From: Candidatus Hadarchaeota archaeon
GTDB taxonomy: Archaea; CAYQAE01; CAYVLA01
Direction: 5' to 3'
Length of the DNA: 33,386 bases
Assembly: GCA_964452145.1 (NCBI GenBank)
Contig: CAYVLA010000026.1
Coordinates: 1,491-34,876 of the forward strand
The position numbers were made by a program, and so were the translations under genes. Below the pieces are notes generated by a model. It did no database searches. It worked only from the letters and a program-made list of their open reading frames with translations, and had not been told where the DNA came from. Positions 1 through 9,398 of the stretch are shown in pieces (position 1 is the first letter of the stretch; the number at the start of each line of letters is the position of its first letter).

Positions 1-95
1 GAGGTACGCATGGGCGCATGGCCGTACGCCTCGCGCTCGCTCTGGATGGGGCGCACGGCGCCGCAATACGGAATCCAAGCCAGCCCCGAACCGTA

Positions 96-1334
96 CTACC
101 TCAAGCCCTGGTGGGATGCTCCGACATCCCTGTAGAGCCTCCTCCGCACCATCAGATTCCAGACGGTGAGAGCTGAGACCATAAAGGTCGCCAGAAGAGT
201 ACACCACTCAATGACGTAGATCCACAACAAGGCCTTATCCTTGGCCCCCATGGCTTCCATCCGGATGGCCGCCTGCCTTGTCCTCACCCGGTCCAGAATC
301 TCCAAGGCAAGGTCCCAGTTCCCTTCAAGATAGGCCTCGTCGGCCTCCCGCTGGATGGCTCTGATCTCCGCGAATCGTTGGTAGAGCGGCCTGGTGTTGC
401 CGCCGAACTTCTCCACCCAGGACAGGATCGAGTCGATGAGGGAATCCATCCCCCGGGACTGCGCGTAGGCACCCATGAGGACCTCGAAGGTGGACGCATC
501 CCTCGGCAAATCCCTGCCCGCAACCCGGTAGACCATGAACATCATCGCCTGAGGGAAGAAGCGCCAGCCCTCGGACCACGGCCTAGCCCCGTCCGGGAAG
601 TGGCCCGCAAAGTTCAGCGCCGAGCCGTTGGCGATCCGCCAGTATGTCATCAGAGGATAGTTCTCGGGCCTGTCGACCCTCGCCCACAGATCGCTTCCCT
701 CCTTGGCTATCTGGGTGTTGATGATCCTGAGGGGAGGGGAGTCCTCCCATGGAAGCGCCTGCATCAAGGGTTCCTCCCGGTCCAGAACCACCAGCGGGAA
801 CGTTCCCGATATGCTCATCCTGTCCGCAGGCTTCGCCGGCAGGATCTCGCCAACTGTGGTGTCTGCCCAGCTTGGAAAATGTGGGGAGCTGATGAAGCCT
901 AGCCAAAGAAGGCCGACCCCGCCATCCCTCACCGAATCGGCCATCCAGTTGATCCACTCCGGTTTGAAGACGGTTCGGTCGGTGTCGCTGGTCACGATGA
1001 CGTCATATCCCTGGACTAGATCATCGTAGGTCCGTGGAAGATAGACCCGCATGTGGCGCCAGACCTCGGCGGCGCCTCCCAGCACATAGTCGACACGCGA
1101 CGGCACCAGCGTGACCGCGATGGCGGGATCGATGCGCATGATGATGAAGCTGTTGTAGCTGCCGTACTGTTCGACTATGTCCCCCAGGCAGAGAGTGCGG
1201 ATCCGGCCCAGCCCCCGGGCGCCCTGACCAGCCTCAAAGACCAGAAGAACGACGACAACCGCGAGGAGGCCGAGGCGTCTGATGGGATCACCCCTTCTCC
1301 TTTCTCCCCCAGATTCCGCCGAGCCTCGATCCAT
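96..1334 (-). CDS. Membrane-anchored surface protein, GATase-like (DUF1355-like) domain + helical stalk + C-terminal TM (paralog 1 of 5)
   Basis: Hydrophobic signal peptide; shared motifs YLPRTY, GGVGLL, EILP, KFGGNT, KDKALLWIYVIEW, WNLMVRRRLYR. True start may be ATC at 1283 (SD GGGGTGA 4 nt upstream). Confidence 0.8.
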   Translation of the reverse strand: MDRGSAESGGERRRGDPIRRLGLLAVVVVLLVFEAGQGARGLGRIRTLCLGDIVEQYGSYNSFIIMRIDPAIAVTLVPSRVDYVLGGAAEVWRHMRVYLPRTYDDLVQGYDVIVTSDTDRTVFKPEWINWMADSVRDGGVGLLWLGFISSPHFPSWADTTVGEILPAKPADRMSISGTFPLVVLDREEPLMQALPWEDSPPLRIINTQIAKEGSDLWARVDRPENYPLMTYWRIANGSALNFAGHFPDGARPWSEGWRFFPQAMMFMVYRVAGRDLPRDASTFEVLMGAYAQSRGMDSLIDSILSWVEKFGGNTRPLYQRFAEIRAIQREADEAYLEGNWDLALEILDRVRTRQAAIRMEAMGAKDKALLWIYVIEWCTLLATFMVSALTVWNLMVRRRLYRDVGASHQGLR

Positions 1335-1385
1335 GCATGAATGGTCATCTCCAGCGGGGCCATGCGTCAGGGCAAGAGCTGACCG

Positions 1386-2897
1386 CTATCTCAGCACCCC
1401 ATCCGCGGAGAACTCCCAGGTCTTGTAGAGTCCTTCCATCCCGTCGAACTGCCACCCTTGTTTGGGGTTCTCCGCAGTGTGTCCGTCCAGCATGAGCATG
1501 CGACGCGGGCTTGCATCGTAGTGATCGGGGCGCACCGGGGAATGGAGGGCATCCTCGCTGGCAAAGGACCATTCAAGGAGGTGGGACCTCAGCTGATGCG
1601 CAACCGGAGTCTCCTTCAGCGCATCCCAGAGATTCTCCTGTTCGAGCGGGTCGTTTCGCAGGTCATAGAGTTCCCCGTAGGGCTTGCCGGGGTAGTAGAC
1701 CATCTTGTGATCCTTGTGTCTGACCATTCGACCGAAGTAGTTCTCTGAGAAGACTGAGCTTCGGTGTACCCGCCTCGCGTCCCCGTCGGCCAAGAGGGAC
1801 ACAAGGCTCCTGCCCTGCCTTCCCTCCCCGGGCCAAGCCCCGGCCAGCTCGCAGATCGTGTTGAAGAGATCGATGGACTCCACCAAGGCCTCCGTCCGCC
1901 CGGGTTTGAAGCGGGGGGAGGAAACTATGAGGGGGGCCCTTACGCACTGCTCGTAGAAGCATTGTTTGTATACCAATCCGTGGTCTCCGAGCATATCGCC
2001 GTGATCGGATGTGAAGATCACCACCGTGTTGTCGTATAGGCCTCGGTCCCTGATCACTTGCACCATCTGTCCGATCCAGTCATCGATCAGGGTATTGTTC
2101 GCGTAGTAGTATGCCTTGGTGATCTGAAGCTGCTCGTCCGTCAGCTCATCCGTCTTGAAGGGCCAGTTCAGCCGCCTGTTTATGTAGTCGTATGCCTCCC
2201 TTGGCTTGCGTCTGACTTCGTCGTTGCCCATGTTCCTCGGGGGGAGCTCCTTGTCGACGAAGAGTTCGTCGTACGGAGAGGGCGGATCGTAGGGGTTGTG
2301 AGGACCCAGGAAGGATGTGAACAGGCAGAATGGCTCGGGGATCTGCCCCAAGTACTCGCAGTTCGACCTGCCCACAAAGGCATCGATGTGCAGTTCCTGA
2401 GGAAGCTTGGATTTCACCGCCGTGCAGTTGCGGATGTACTGCTCGCTGCCGAAGTCGTACATCCTCGACCTACTGGTCCCGTGGATATTGAGGAAGCGCT
2501 CGTAGTCATCTGGGCAGTCCACGTGGAACTTGGACTCCGCGATTATCCGTCCGCCAAAGCCGAAGGTGTCGTGCCAGGGCGTGAGGTGCATCTTGCCTAT
2601 GGCTCCGGTGCGGTAACCCACCCGGCTCAGCTGGTGGGCGAAGCTGGTCTCCCCTGGCCGTGGCCCATACCAGTTCGACAGAACGCCGTGGCAGTGCGGA
2701 TACCTCCCGGTCAGTATGCTGTACCTGGAGGGGCAGCAGAGGGGATTCTGGACGTAGCAGGCGTCGAAGACCACTCCGCGCTTCGCCAGGCCGTCTATGT
2801 TGGGGGTGATTGCCACCGGATTGCCATAGCACCCCAATGAATCGGGCCTCATCTGGTCGGTCATGATGAGGAGTATGTTGGGCCTTTCGGATTCCAT
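1386..2897 (-). CDS. Sulfatase (formylglycine-dependent, arylsulfatase/choline-sulfatase-like), cytoplasmic
   Basis: RPNILLIMTDQ, CCPSRYSILTG (CxPxR), GKMH, PHNP, SDHG, ELYDLRNDPLE; no signal peptide. Confidence 0.93.
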   Translation of the reverse strand: MESERPNILLIMTDQMRPDSLGCYGNPVAITPNIDGLAKRGVVFDACYVQNPLCCPSRYSILTGRYPHCHGVLSNWYGPRPGETSFAHQLSRVGYRTGAIGKMHLTPWHDTFGFGGRIIAESKFHVDCPDDYERFLNIHGTSRSRMYDFGSEQYIRNCTAVKSKLPQELHIDAFVGRSNCEYLGQIPEPFCLFTSFLGPHNPYDPPSPYDELFVDKELPPRNMGNDEVRRKPREAYDYINRRLNWPFKTDELTDEQLQITKAYYYANNTLIDDWIGQMVQVIRDRGLYDNTVVIFTSDHGDMLGDHGLVYKQCFYEQCVRAPLIVSSPRFKPGRTEALVESIDLFNTICELAGAWPGEGRQGRSLVSLLADGDARRVHRSSVFSENYFGRMVRHKDHKMVYYPGKPYGELYDLRNDPLEQENLWDALKETPVAHQLRSHLLEWSFASEDALHSPVRPDHYDASPRRMLMLDGHTAENPKQGWQFDGMEGLYKTWEFSADGVLR

Positions 2898-3043
2898 CTC
2901 GTCTTCGGCGTGGTTGGGCTTTCGATGTTAAATGTATCGCGGAGGAGGCGGGCAGGGCCCATCGGGAATGGGCCAGGGCCAAGGCGAGCGTAACAGACTA
3001 ATAGCGACCCGATCAGCGAGATCACACACAGGAGCCAGATGGA

Positions 3044-4708
3044 ATGGAACGGCCGAACATACTGTTTCTGATGACCGATCAGCACCGCTGGGACGCCCTG
3101 GGATGTGCGGGAAACCGGGCAATCAGGACCCCAAACATCGACCGCCTGGCCTCATCGGGCATACGCTTCTCGCAAGCCTGCACCCCAACTCCGGTGTGTG
3201 TAGCTGCCAGGATGACTCTGATAACAGGGCACCGGTCCTCCCGACACCACTGGATGACCAACCGCTGCCTACCGGGGCCGCTTCCCGAGCTGCCAACGCT
3301 CATGAGCCTCCTCCTGCGCGAGGGATACTGGACGCAGGGCATCGGCAAGATGCATTTCCGAGGGAGGCACTATGGCCTAAGGAAGTTGCTCACCATGGAG
3401 GAGTGCGTTGCCCACATCAATGACGACGACTACCTGATGTACCTTCGTTCAAACCGCGTCCGAACGCGCTTTCCGATGGGAATTCGGGACCTACTCTACT
3501 TTCAGCCCCAGACGAGCGGGATCCCGCTTGAGCACTCGATGACGAACTGGGTGGCGGATAGATCCGTGGAGTTTCTCAGGAACCATGTGAGGTACCGGAG
3601 CGGTCAGCCCTTCTTCCTCTGGTCTTCATGCGCATCTCCCCATCCGCCCTTCGCTCCCTGCGAGCCGTACGATTCGATGTACGAACCCGACGAGATGGAG
3701 CTGCCGGTAGATGTTGAGCGGTCGCTGACCGAGATGCCCTCTTCTCTGTGGGCTGGCAGGGGACGTCTAGATGGGGCTCACCATGATCCCGATCGCATGA
3801 GGAGGATACGAGCCCTCTACTATGGCCTTGTCACCCACGTCGACCATGCTTTCGGGCGGATACTCCAAGAGATCGAGGATCTGAACATTTCGGAGCAAAC
3901 GGTCGTGGTGTTCTTCTCGGATCACGGCGAGATGATGGGAGACCACGGTCTCTGCCAGAAGAACTGCCCGTACGAAGGCTCCGTGAGGATTCCCCTGATA
4001 CTGAGATGGCCGGGGCGAGCCGATCGAGGGCGGATCTGCGACGACCTAGTCGGACTCACCGACATCATGCCAACGTTCCTAGATGAACTCGGCCTCGCAT
4101 ACCCGGAGAGCCTCGGGCCGCTGGCGGGGGACAGCCTCCTCGGCTCGCACGACGGGGGCCTTGCCTCGGAGCGAGAGGAGTTCATCATCGACTATGGGTG
4201 GGGACGGAATAGATGGATTGCCGCCCGTGGCAGGACACACAAGTACTGTCTCTTCGCAGAAGGAGGACGGGAAGAACTCTACGATCTCAGCGAGGACCCG
4301 TGGGAAACCCGCAACCTTCTCGGGGCTCGACCCGACCTTGCCCGATCAGCGAGAGAGACCGTACTGGAATGGGAGAGGAATCATGGCCCGCCCACATCCT
4401 TTCAGGATGGGATCTTTCGGATTCACCCTGCCCCCGCCGGGGCCCCATCCGAGGAAGAGGTCAGGGAGGTCGTGTTGAACGAGGGACCCTGGCCCAAGCG
4501 ACTGCCTCCAGACGAAAGAAACCGCGTGGAGAGCTACGCCGAAGCTTTCGACCGCGCCGTCCTCAAGGAAACGACGATCTCGCCCTGGAAACTGAGCCTC
4601 AGGCAGTACAAGGAAAAGGTATTTCGCATCGGCCCCCGAGACCCCGGGGGCGAATCCTTGAAGGACACCGTGTGGGGAGATGCGTGGAAGCAGATAGCGA
4701 TCGACTGA
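3044..4708 (+). CDS. Sulfatase (CxAxR variant), cytoplasmic
   Basis: RPNILFLMTDQHR, CVAARMTLITG, GKMH, PHPP, SDHGE, ELYDLSEDPWE. Confidence 0.92.
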   Translation: MERPNILFLMTDQHRWDALGCAGNRAIRTPNIDRLASSGIRFSQACTPTPVCVAARMTLITGHRSSRHHWMTNRCLPGPLPELPTLMSLLLREGYWTQGIGKMHFRGRHYGLRKLLTMEECVAHINDDDYLMYLRSNRVRTRFPMGIRDLLYFQPQTSGIPLEHSMTNWVADRSVEFLRNHVRYRSGQPFFLWSSCASPHPPFAPCEPYDSMYEPDEMELPVDVERSLTEMPSSLWAGRGRLDGAHHDPDRMRRIRALYYGLVTHVDHAFGRILQEIEDLNISEQTVVVFFSDHGEMMGDHGLCQKNCPYEGSVRIPLILRWPGRADRGRICDDLVGLTDIMPTFLDELGLAYPESLGPLAGDSLLGSHDGGLASEREEFIIDYGWGRNRWIAARGRTHKYCLFAEGGREELYDLSEDPWETRNLLGARPDLARSARETVLEWERNHGPPTSFQDGIFRIHPAPAGAPSEEEVREVVLNEGPWPKRLPPDERNRVESYAEAFDRAVLKETTISPWKLSLRQYKEKVFRIGPRDPGGESLKDTVWGDAWKQIAID

Positions 4709-4739
4709 TGAACAACCCCTACCGAAGGCGCGGGCACGA

Positions 4740-5768
4740 TCACCAACGGTCTCGGCCTGGCGGCGATCCGCCAACAGATTCATCAGGGACTTCGAAGACG
4801 AGCAGCCTGTCCACCTCAAGGTTCACGCCGAAATCCTTGCTGCAGCTGGGATCGATCGCCTCTACGTACATGAGGTACCTCGGCCGGCGAGGGTCCCTGA
4901 TGACATCTACGTAGCTGTGCACCGGCATGGGCTCCTTCTCATACTCCGTCGTCGCCTGCCACCGTGCCCGGAAGATCGTCTCCAAGTTGCACTTCCTCCA
5001 GTCGACCAGATATGCTCCGAAGGTGTTGGACAATGCAGCCCCGTTTCTCACCTCTCTGCTGTCGAAGCCCACAAAGATCGGCCCCAGGGAGCCTGAAAGA
5101 AAACTGCCGCAGAGAAGGTAGTAGTCGGGCTGATCACCCCCGTCCAGGGAGAGGATTCCCCGCTTGATCCAGTGAACCCCATCGCCGCTAGTTGCCAGGG
5201 CGGTCTTGACCATGGATCCTGAGTTGGCCTTGTACAGGGCGAAGTACAGCCCATCCACGATCCCCATGCTGCTATCCCTCGCCTCCCTGCAGTCGAAGGA
5301 GTCCCCTCGCTTCAAAGCCGTGCCCTGGAAATCCCACGACCCACGGGGATGGGTCGAGGAGTAGAGCTGGGTCTCCCACCCCGATCCATCGTCGACGGAG
5401 AGGTAGAGATGGAATCGATCCGAGGACGGATCCCTCAGAATCTGCTGACCCTCGATGCTCCGTACATCCATCCCCGAGAGCGAAGAGACCTCCTCCTTGG
5501 ACATGGTGTGCTCAAGACGGAACCTCTCCCCATCCGTAGAGGAGTGGATCTCAACGGCGTATCCCCTTACACCCACCTTGCGCGGCCTTGAAGTCAGCCA
5601 GAACAGGCCTGAGGCCGGATCGAAGAGCACCTTCCCAGCTCCGGTCCACGATCCCGGCTCCAGGTTGGGAGGCTCAAGGGCGATGCCCCTGAAGACCCGG
5701 TTGTACAACAGGCGTTGGGGAGGCAGCAATCCCTGCCACGCCGAAGAGACGCTTTGCTGTCTGGGCAT
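4740..5768 (-). CDS. Five-bladed beta-propeller glycoside-hydrolase-like protein (GH32/43/117/130-like fold)
   Basis: Asp-box-like SSTDGERF and ATSGDGVHW, ARDSSMGIVDGLYFALYKA. ATG 5768 preferred over 5786 because TATA-like TTATTAT lies at 5798-5792. Confidence 0.65.
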   Translation of the reverse strand: MPRQQSVSSAWQGLLPPQRLLYNRVFRGIALEPPNLEPGSWTGAGKVLFDPASGLFWLTSRPRKVGVRGYAVEIHSSTDGERFRLEHTMSKEEVSSLSGMDVRSIEGQQILRDPSSDRFHLYLSVDDGSGWETQLYSSTHPRGSWDFQGTALKRGDSFDCREARDSSMGIVDGLYFALYKANSGSMVKTALATSGDGVHWIKRGILSLDGGDQPDYYLLCGSFLSGSLGPIFVGFDSREVRNGAALSNTFGAYLVDWRKCNLETIFRARWQATTEYEKEPMPVHSYVDVIRDPRRPRYLMYVEAIDPSCSKDFGVNLEVDRLLVFEVPDESVGGSPPGRDRW

Positions 5769-5984
5769 GTAAGCCGCTTCGGGCATCCGTCATAATAAGC
5801 TTTGCCTACTGCTACTGCTTTCTCCATTTCCGCTCGTCCGCCGCCTGTTCTCGGCTCAGCCTGACACATCACCAGCGGAACGTCAGCCTATTTGACTTGT
5901 TGCATCCTTTGCACGGAGATCGTCTTCCATCCTTTCATTCAGATTGAACCTCGGGTAAGTTGTATCCATCAGAGAGGTGATCAC

Positions 5985-6590
5985 ATTAAGCTGGCTGTAA
6001 TCTTCTTGCTGCTAGTCGTAGCCATGGGAATACATCAGGCCGCGGCCCAGGACCAGATCTTCGGTCATCCCGGTTACTCATACGCCTGCGTCGTAAGCAA
6101 CTGGGGCAATACGGTGTTCGTGGCTCGCGCGGGCCGAGCCGAGCTCTATGAGTCGGCCTATACCACCATCGCGGGGGGCGTGCGAGTCCGGGGATACCAG
6201 CATCAGGACTTCATCTGGACGGGGTCCTCAGGCCGGGTAACAGCACGTTTCGACTTTGCCTTGTGCGCAGAGATCGCCGTGGGGATGGCGTACTCAACGG
6301 CCGAGATATCGGTCACCGCGTTCCTTCGCGATGTCACGACCACCAAGTTCCCAATCCAGACCGTCCTTTTCCGCTACGTCAAGAATACGCCGGGATATAA
6401 TCTCTTCATCGATGGAGGGGTCTTCAACATCCCGGTCGAGATGGTGAACGGGCATCGCTACACCATAGGGTACACGGTCGACGTGGCCGCCACCTGCTAT
6501 CCAAGGTCGTACTGTCCCATGGCATTTGCCAATATGGGCGAGCAAGGCTGCTCGTTCTGGTGGCAACCCACAGGGGTTTTCGACGGGTGA
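5985..6590 (+). CDS. Secreted beta-rich hypothetical protein
   Basis: Signal peptide (I/M)KLAVIFLLLVVAMGIHQAAA; SD GAGGTGA at 5974-5980 points to an in-frame ATT start at 5985. Confidence 0.7.
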   Translation: MKLAVIFLLLVVAMGIHQAAAQDQIFGHPGYSYACVVSNWGNTVFVARAGRAELYESAYTTIAGGVRVRGYQHQDFIWTGSSGRVTARFDFALCAEIAVGMAYSTAEISVTAFLRDVTTTKFPIQTVLFRYVKNTPGYNLFIDGGVFNIPVEMVNGHRYTIGYTVDVAATCYPRSYCPMAFANMGEQGCSFWWQPTGVFDG

Positions 6591-6594
6591 TGGG

Positions 6595-7038
6595 ATGAGA
6601 ACACCACTGGCGCTCATCCCCTCCCTTCTTTTTCTACTCGTCTATGTCGGCATGGCCGATCCACAGGCTGAGAACCTTGCCGCGCTGCAAGCCCGGGCCA
6701 ACCAGGTCTCGGCCGAGATGAACCGGCTGTCGGCGAAGATCTCCGACGAGATACAAGCTGTTTCCCTCGGTCAGGCCTCCTACATGGACGTCCGGGACAA
6801 GCTGTCGGGGATGAACCAGGAAATGGCCGAAATGAGATCCGAGCTGGAGGCGGCCTGGTCGAGGATGGATGAGTTGAAACTGAAGGCTGCCCGGGATGAG
6901 GTCGCCAGGAAGGCCTTGAGGTGTTCCGGACTGGCATCTTCAGTCATCGCCCTGATGGCAATCGGGGGACGCAATGAGAAACTGACTCCATGCTGTCTCC
7001 TTGGATCGGCCCTACTTCTTGCGGTGGCTCTGGTGTGA
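6595..7038 (+). CDS. Membrane protein with signal peptide, coiled coil and C-terminal hydrophobic helices
   Basis: GGTGA SD 4 nt before ATG 6595; heptad-like region LAALQARANQVSAEMNRLSAKI...; hydrophobic C-terminus. Confidence 0.75.
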   Translation: MRTPLALIPSLLFLLVYVGMADPQAENLAALQARANQVSAEMNRLSAKISDEIQAVSLGQASYMDVRDKLSGMNQEMAEMRSELEAAWSRMDELKLKAARDEVARKALRCSGLASSVIALMAIGGRNEKLTPCCLLGSALLLAVALV

Positions 7039-7040
7039 AC

Positions 7041-7679
7041 ATGTCTAGGCAATCACTTCTGCTTGTGATGGTTCTGCTCGTCTTCCCTGCCGCATTCTCG
7101 CACAGCCTGCGCCAGGAGATGGTGTTCCAGAGCGAAGAGATCCTTCACGTGGAGGTCGAGCTGGAACGCGTTGACACGCCAAACGTGACCCTCGAGTGGC
7201 CCTTCTCCCTTGATGATCTTCTGGGCGAGCCGGTCCCGTCCCTTGGAGTTGAGCGGCTCGAATTAAGGCAAGAAGGACTTCTGGGGATCTCGGTGACCCC
7301 GGCCAGCGGCGCGCCCAAGGTGGTCTTCTCCATAACCCTGCGCTTCCCCATACGCTCGGGAGGCAGGTACACCTTTGCCTTCCCAGCCTCCGATTCCACC
7401 TATCACAATCGGACTCTGCAGCTCCTCCTCCCGATCGGTTGGAGTGGCACGAACCTGTCGGCCGGCGGCGAGAAGCGTTACGATCCCGGTACCGGACGCA
7501 TCAGGCTCATCTGGAGGGACGCGATCCAACAGCCCGAGGCAGTGCTCGCCATACCCGGAATGGGTCAGGGGGAACTGGCAAGGGAGGTGATCTGGCGACT
7601 TGTGGCTCGGGATATCCTCTACATCGTTCTTGCGGCCGTAGCCGCCGCTGCCTTTCTCCTCCTCCTACGGTCCCGCTGA
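7041..7679 (+). CDS. Secreted protein with C-terminal TM anchor
   Basis: Signal MSRQSLLLVMVLLVFPAAFS; ends LYIVLAAVAAAAFLLLLRSR; starts 2 nt after the upstream stop. Confidence 0.75.
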   Translation: MSRQSLLLVMVLLVFPAAFSHSLRQEMVFQSEEILHVEVELERVDTPNVTLEWPFSLDDLLGEPVPSLGVERLELRQEGLLGISVTPASGAPKVVFSITLRFPIRSGGRYTFAFPASDSTYHNRTLQLLLPIGWSGTNLSAGGEKRYDPGTGRIRLIWRDAIQQPEAVLAIPGMGQGELAREVIWRLVARDILYIVLAAVAAAAFLLLLRSR

Positions 7680-7784
7680 GCATAGCGGGCCCTCAGATGG
7701 GGTCCCGGATCTTGGACTCCACAAAGGAGAGCAGATGAACTCAGGACAAAGCAAAGAGGGGTGTTGGACGGGGATGTCCATATG

Positions 7785-7952
7785 TGCGTTAACCTGAAAT
7801 TGTTTCGCCCCCCTGTGCTTTTGAGTTTTTGGTTTGGTGCTCATCATCTTGCCCTCCATCCTACGCTTCAGCATCCACCTTATCCTCGAGTCAGCAAGCT
7901 TGGCCACCGACCCCCCGCATACAGAGGGGCGAAATGACTTTCGGATAATGCA
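7785..7952 (-). mobile_element. Miniature, internally deleted IS (MITE-like), possibly IS481-family derived
   Basis: 32-bp imperfect terminal inverted repeats 7785-7816 / 7921-7952 (24/32, TG...CA ends). Abutting 16-bp imperfect direct repeats 7769-7784 / 7953-7968 (14/16). Internal GTG-started fragment MAKLADSRIRWMLKRRMEGKMMSTK resembles an archaeal transposase N-terminus. Confidence 0.7.
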
Positions 7953-7956
7953 CGGG

Positions 7957-7980
7957 GATGTCGATGTGGATGTGGATGTG
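7957..7980 (+). repeat. 4 x GATGT(C/G) hexamer tandem repeat
   Basis: GATGTC GATGTG GATGTG GATGTG read directly. Confidence 0.8.
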
Positions 7981-7981
7981 G

Positions 7982-7995
7982 GAAAGTCTTATATG
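7982..7995 (+). promoter_or_regulatory. Putative BRE/TATA promoter of the sulfatase-like gene
   Basis: GAAAGTC-TTATAT about 35 nt before ATG 8029. Confidence 0.5.
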
Positions 7996-8028
7996 CATCC
8001 CACAGAACCCGGCGCCCCGGGACCAACG

Positions 8029-9369
8029 ATGAAGAAGCCGATGAACGTCCTGCTGCTCGGCATAGACAGCCTCAGGGCCGACCACATGAGCTGCTACGGC
8101 TATCCCCGCCTGACCACGCCCCACATGGACAGCATCGCCGCCGAAGGGACGCTGTTCGAGAACGCCTACAGCCCCTACATTCCGACCACCCCGGGCTACA
8201 CCGCTATGCTGACGGGAACCGACGTTATGACGAACCAGATGGTGAGCCTCTCGCCAAAGGGGCCGATAGACCAGTCCATCAAGCTTCTGCCCGAGATCCT
8301 GGCCCAGAAGGGCTACAGGTCCGCCTGCATAGGCTTCGACACCCCCTTCTACCGAGGCTTCGACAAGTACGAGACGTACCACGCCTGGATGGCGTGGGAG
8401 GACGCGCCGGGGCACAAGGCGGAGGCCCTGAACGAGAAAGCCCTCCCGGCCCTTGAGGAGATGGCCAATGGGCCGTTCCTGCTCTTCCTCAGACACATGG
8501 ACCCCCACTCGCCCTACCTGCCTCCGCCCCCCTTCGACAGCATGTTCTACGATAAGGACCCCTGCGACCCGTCGATCAACACCATGAAGCCGGTCTTCGA
8601 TTTTGCGCCCTTCGCAGACTTCTTCCGGTCATGGATGCCCCCCGGAATCACGGACATCGAGTGGGTCGTTGCCCACTACGACTCATCCTTAGCCTATATG
8701 GATGCGTGCATCCGCCGGATCTTCACCCGGCTTGAGGAACTCGACCTAGCGGAGAAGACCCTGATCGTCATCACCTCCGACCACGGCGAGACGCTCAACG
8801 ACCACGGCATCTACTTCGACCACCACGGACTCTACGAACCGACGATACACATACCACTGATCTACCACCTGCCCGGCGTGATCCCGCAGGGACGGCGAGT
8901 CAAGGGTTACGTGCTCCAGCAAGACCTGACGCCAACCGTGCTGGACCTGCTGGGCTACGGTAGGCTGGCCAGGAAGCTTGGGATGGACGGCAAGAGCGCC
9001 CTGCCCCTGATCGAGGGCAAGAGGGAAACCAACTACTCCCAGTTCTACCTGACGGAATGCACATGGATGCGAAAGCGAGGGTGGAGGACGCCTCACTACA
9101 AACTGATAGAGGCTCTGGAGCCAGATTTCCACGATAAACCATCCGTCGAACTCTACGACCTCGTGGAGGACCCTCTGGAGAATGACAACATCGCCCAGGA
9201 AAGGCCCGAGGTGGTGGAGGCGATGAAGAAGACGATGCAGGTATGGATCGAACAGAGGCTGGCCAGGACCGGCAAGCCTGACCCCATACTCGGCTATCAG
9301 ATCGGTCTTGATCGCCGCATAGGCTCCATCAAGACTGCCCGCGACTTGCAGGCCGCAGGAAAGAAGTAG
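8029..9369 (+). CDS. Sulfatase-like alkaline-phosphatase-superfamily hydrolase with Thr at the nucleophile position
   Basis: NVLLLGIDSLRADH, PTTPGYTAMLTG in place of CxPxR, DPHSPY, SDHGE, ELYDLVEDPLE. Start refined from ORF 7834. Confidence 0.88.
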   Translation: MKKPMNVLLLGIDSLRADHMSCYGYPRLTTPHMDSIAAEGTLFENAYSPYIPTTPGYTAMLTGTDVMTNQMVSLSPKGPIDQSIKLLPEILAQKGYRSACIGFDTPFYRGFDKYETYHAWMAWEDAPGHKAEALNEKALPALEEMANGPFLLFLRHMDPHSPYLPPPPFDSMFYDKDPCDPSINTMKPVFDFAPFADFFRSWMPPGITDIEWVVAHYDSSLAYMDACIRRIFTRLEELDLAEKTLIVITSDHGETLNDHGIYFDHHGLYEPTIHIPLIYHLPGVIPQGRRVKGYVLQQDLTPTVLDLLGYGRLARKLGMDGKSALPLIEGKRETNYSQFYLTECTWMRKRGWRTPHYKLIEALEPDFHDKPSVELYDLVEDPLENDNIAQERPEVVEAMKKTMQVWIEQRLARTGKPDPILGYQIGLDRRIGSIKTARDLQAAGKK

Positions 9370-9398
9370 GACCGTCAGCGGACCTTGGAGGCACGCCG

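Noticed and set aside
7834..8028. N-terminal extension of ORF 7834-9369 (DVDVDVDV)
   Set aside because: It is translated IS remnant and hexamer repeat; the family N-terminus and promoter point to ATG 8029.
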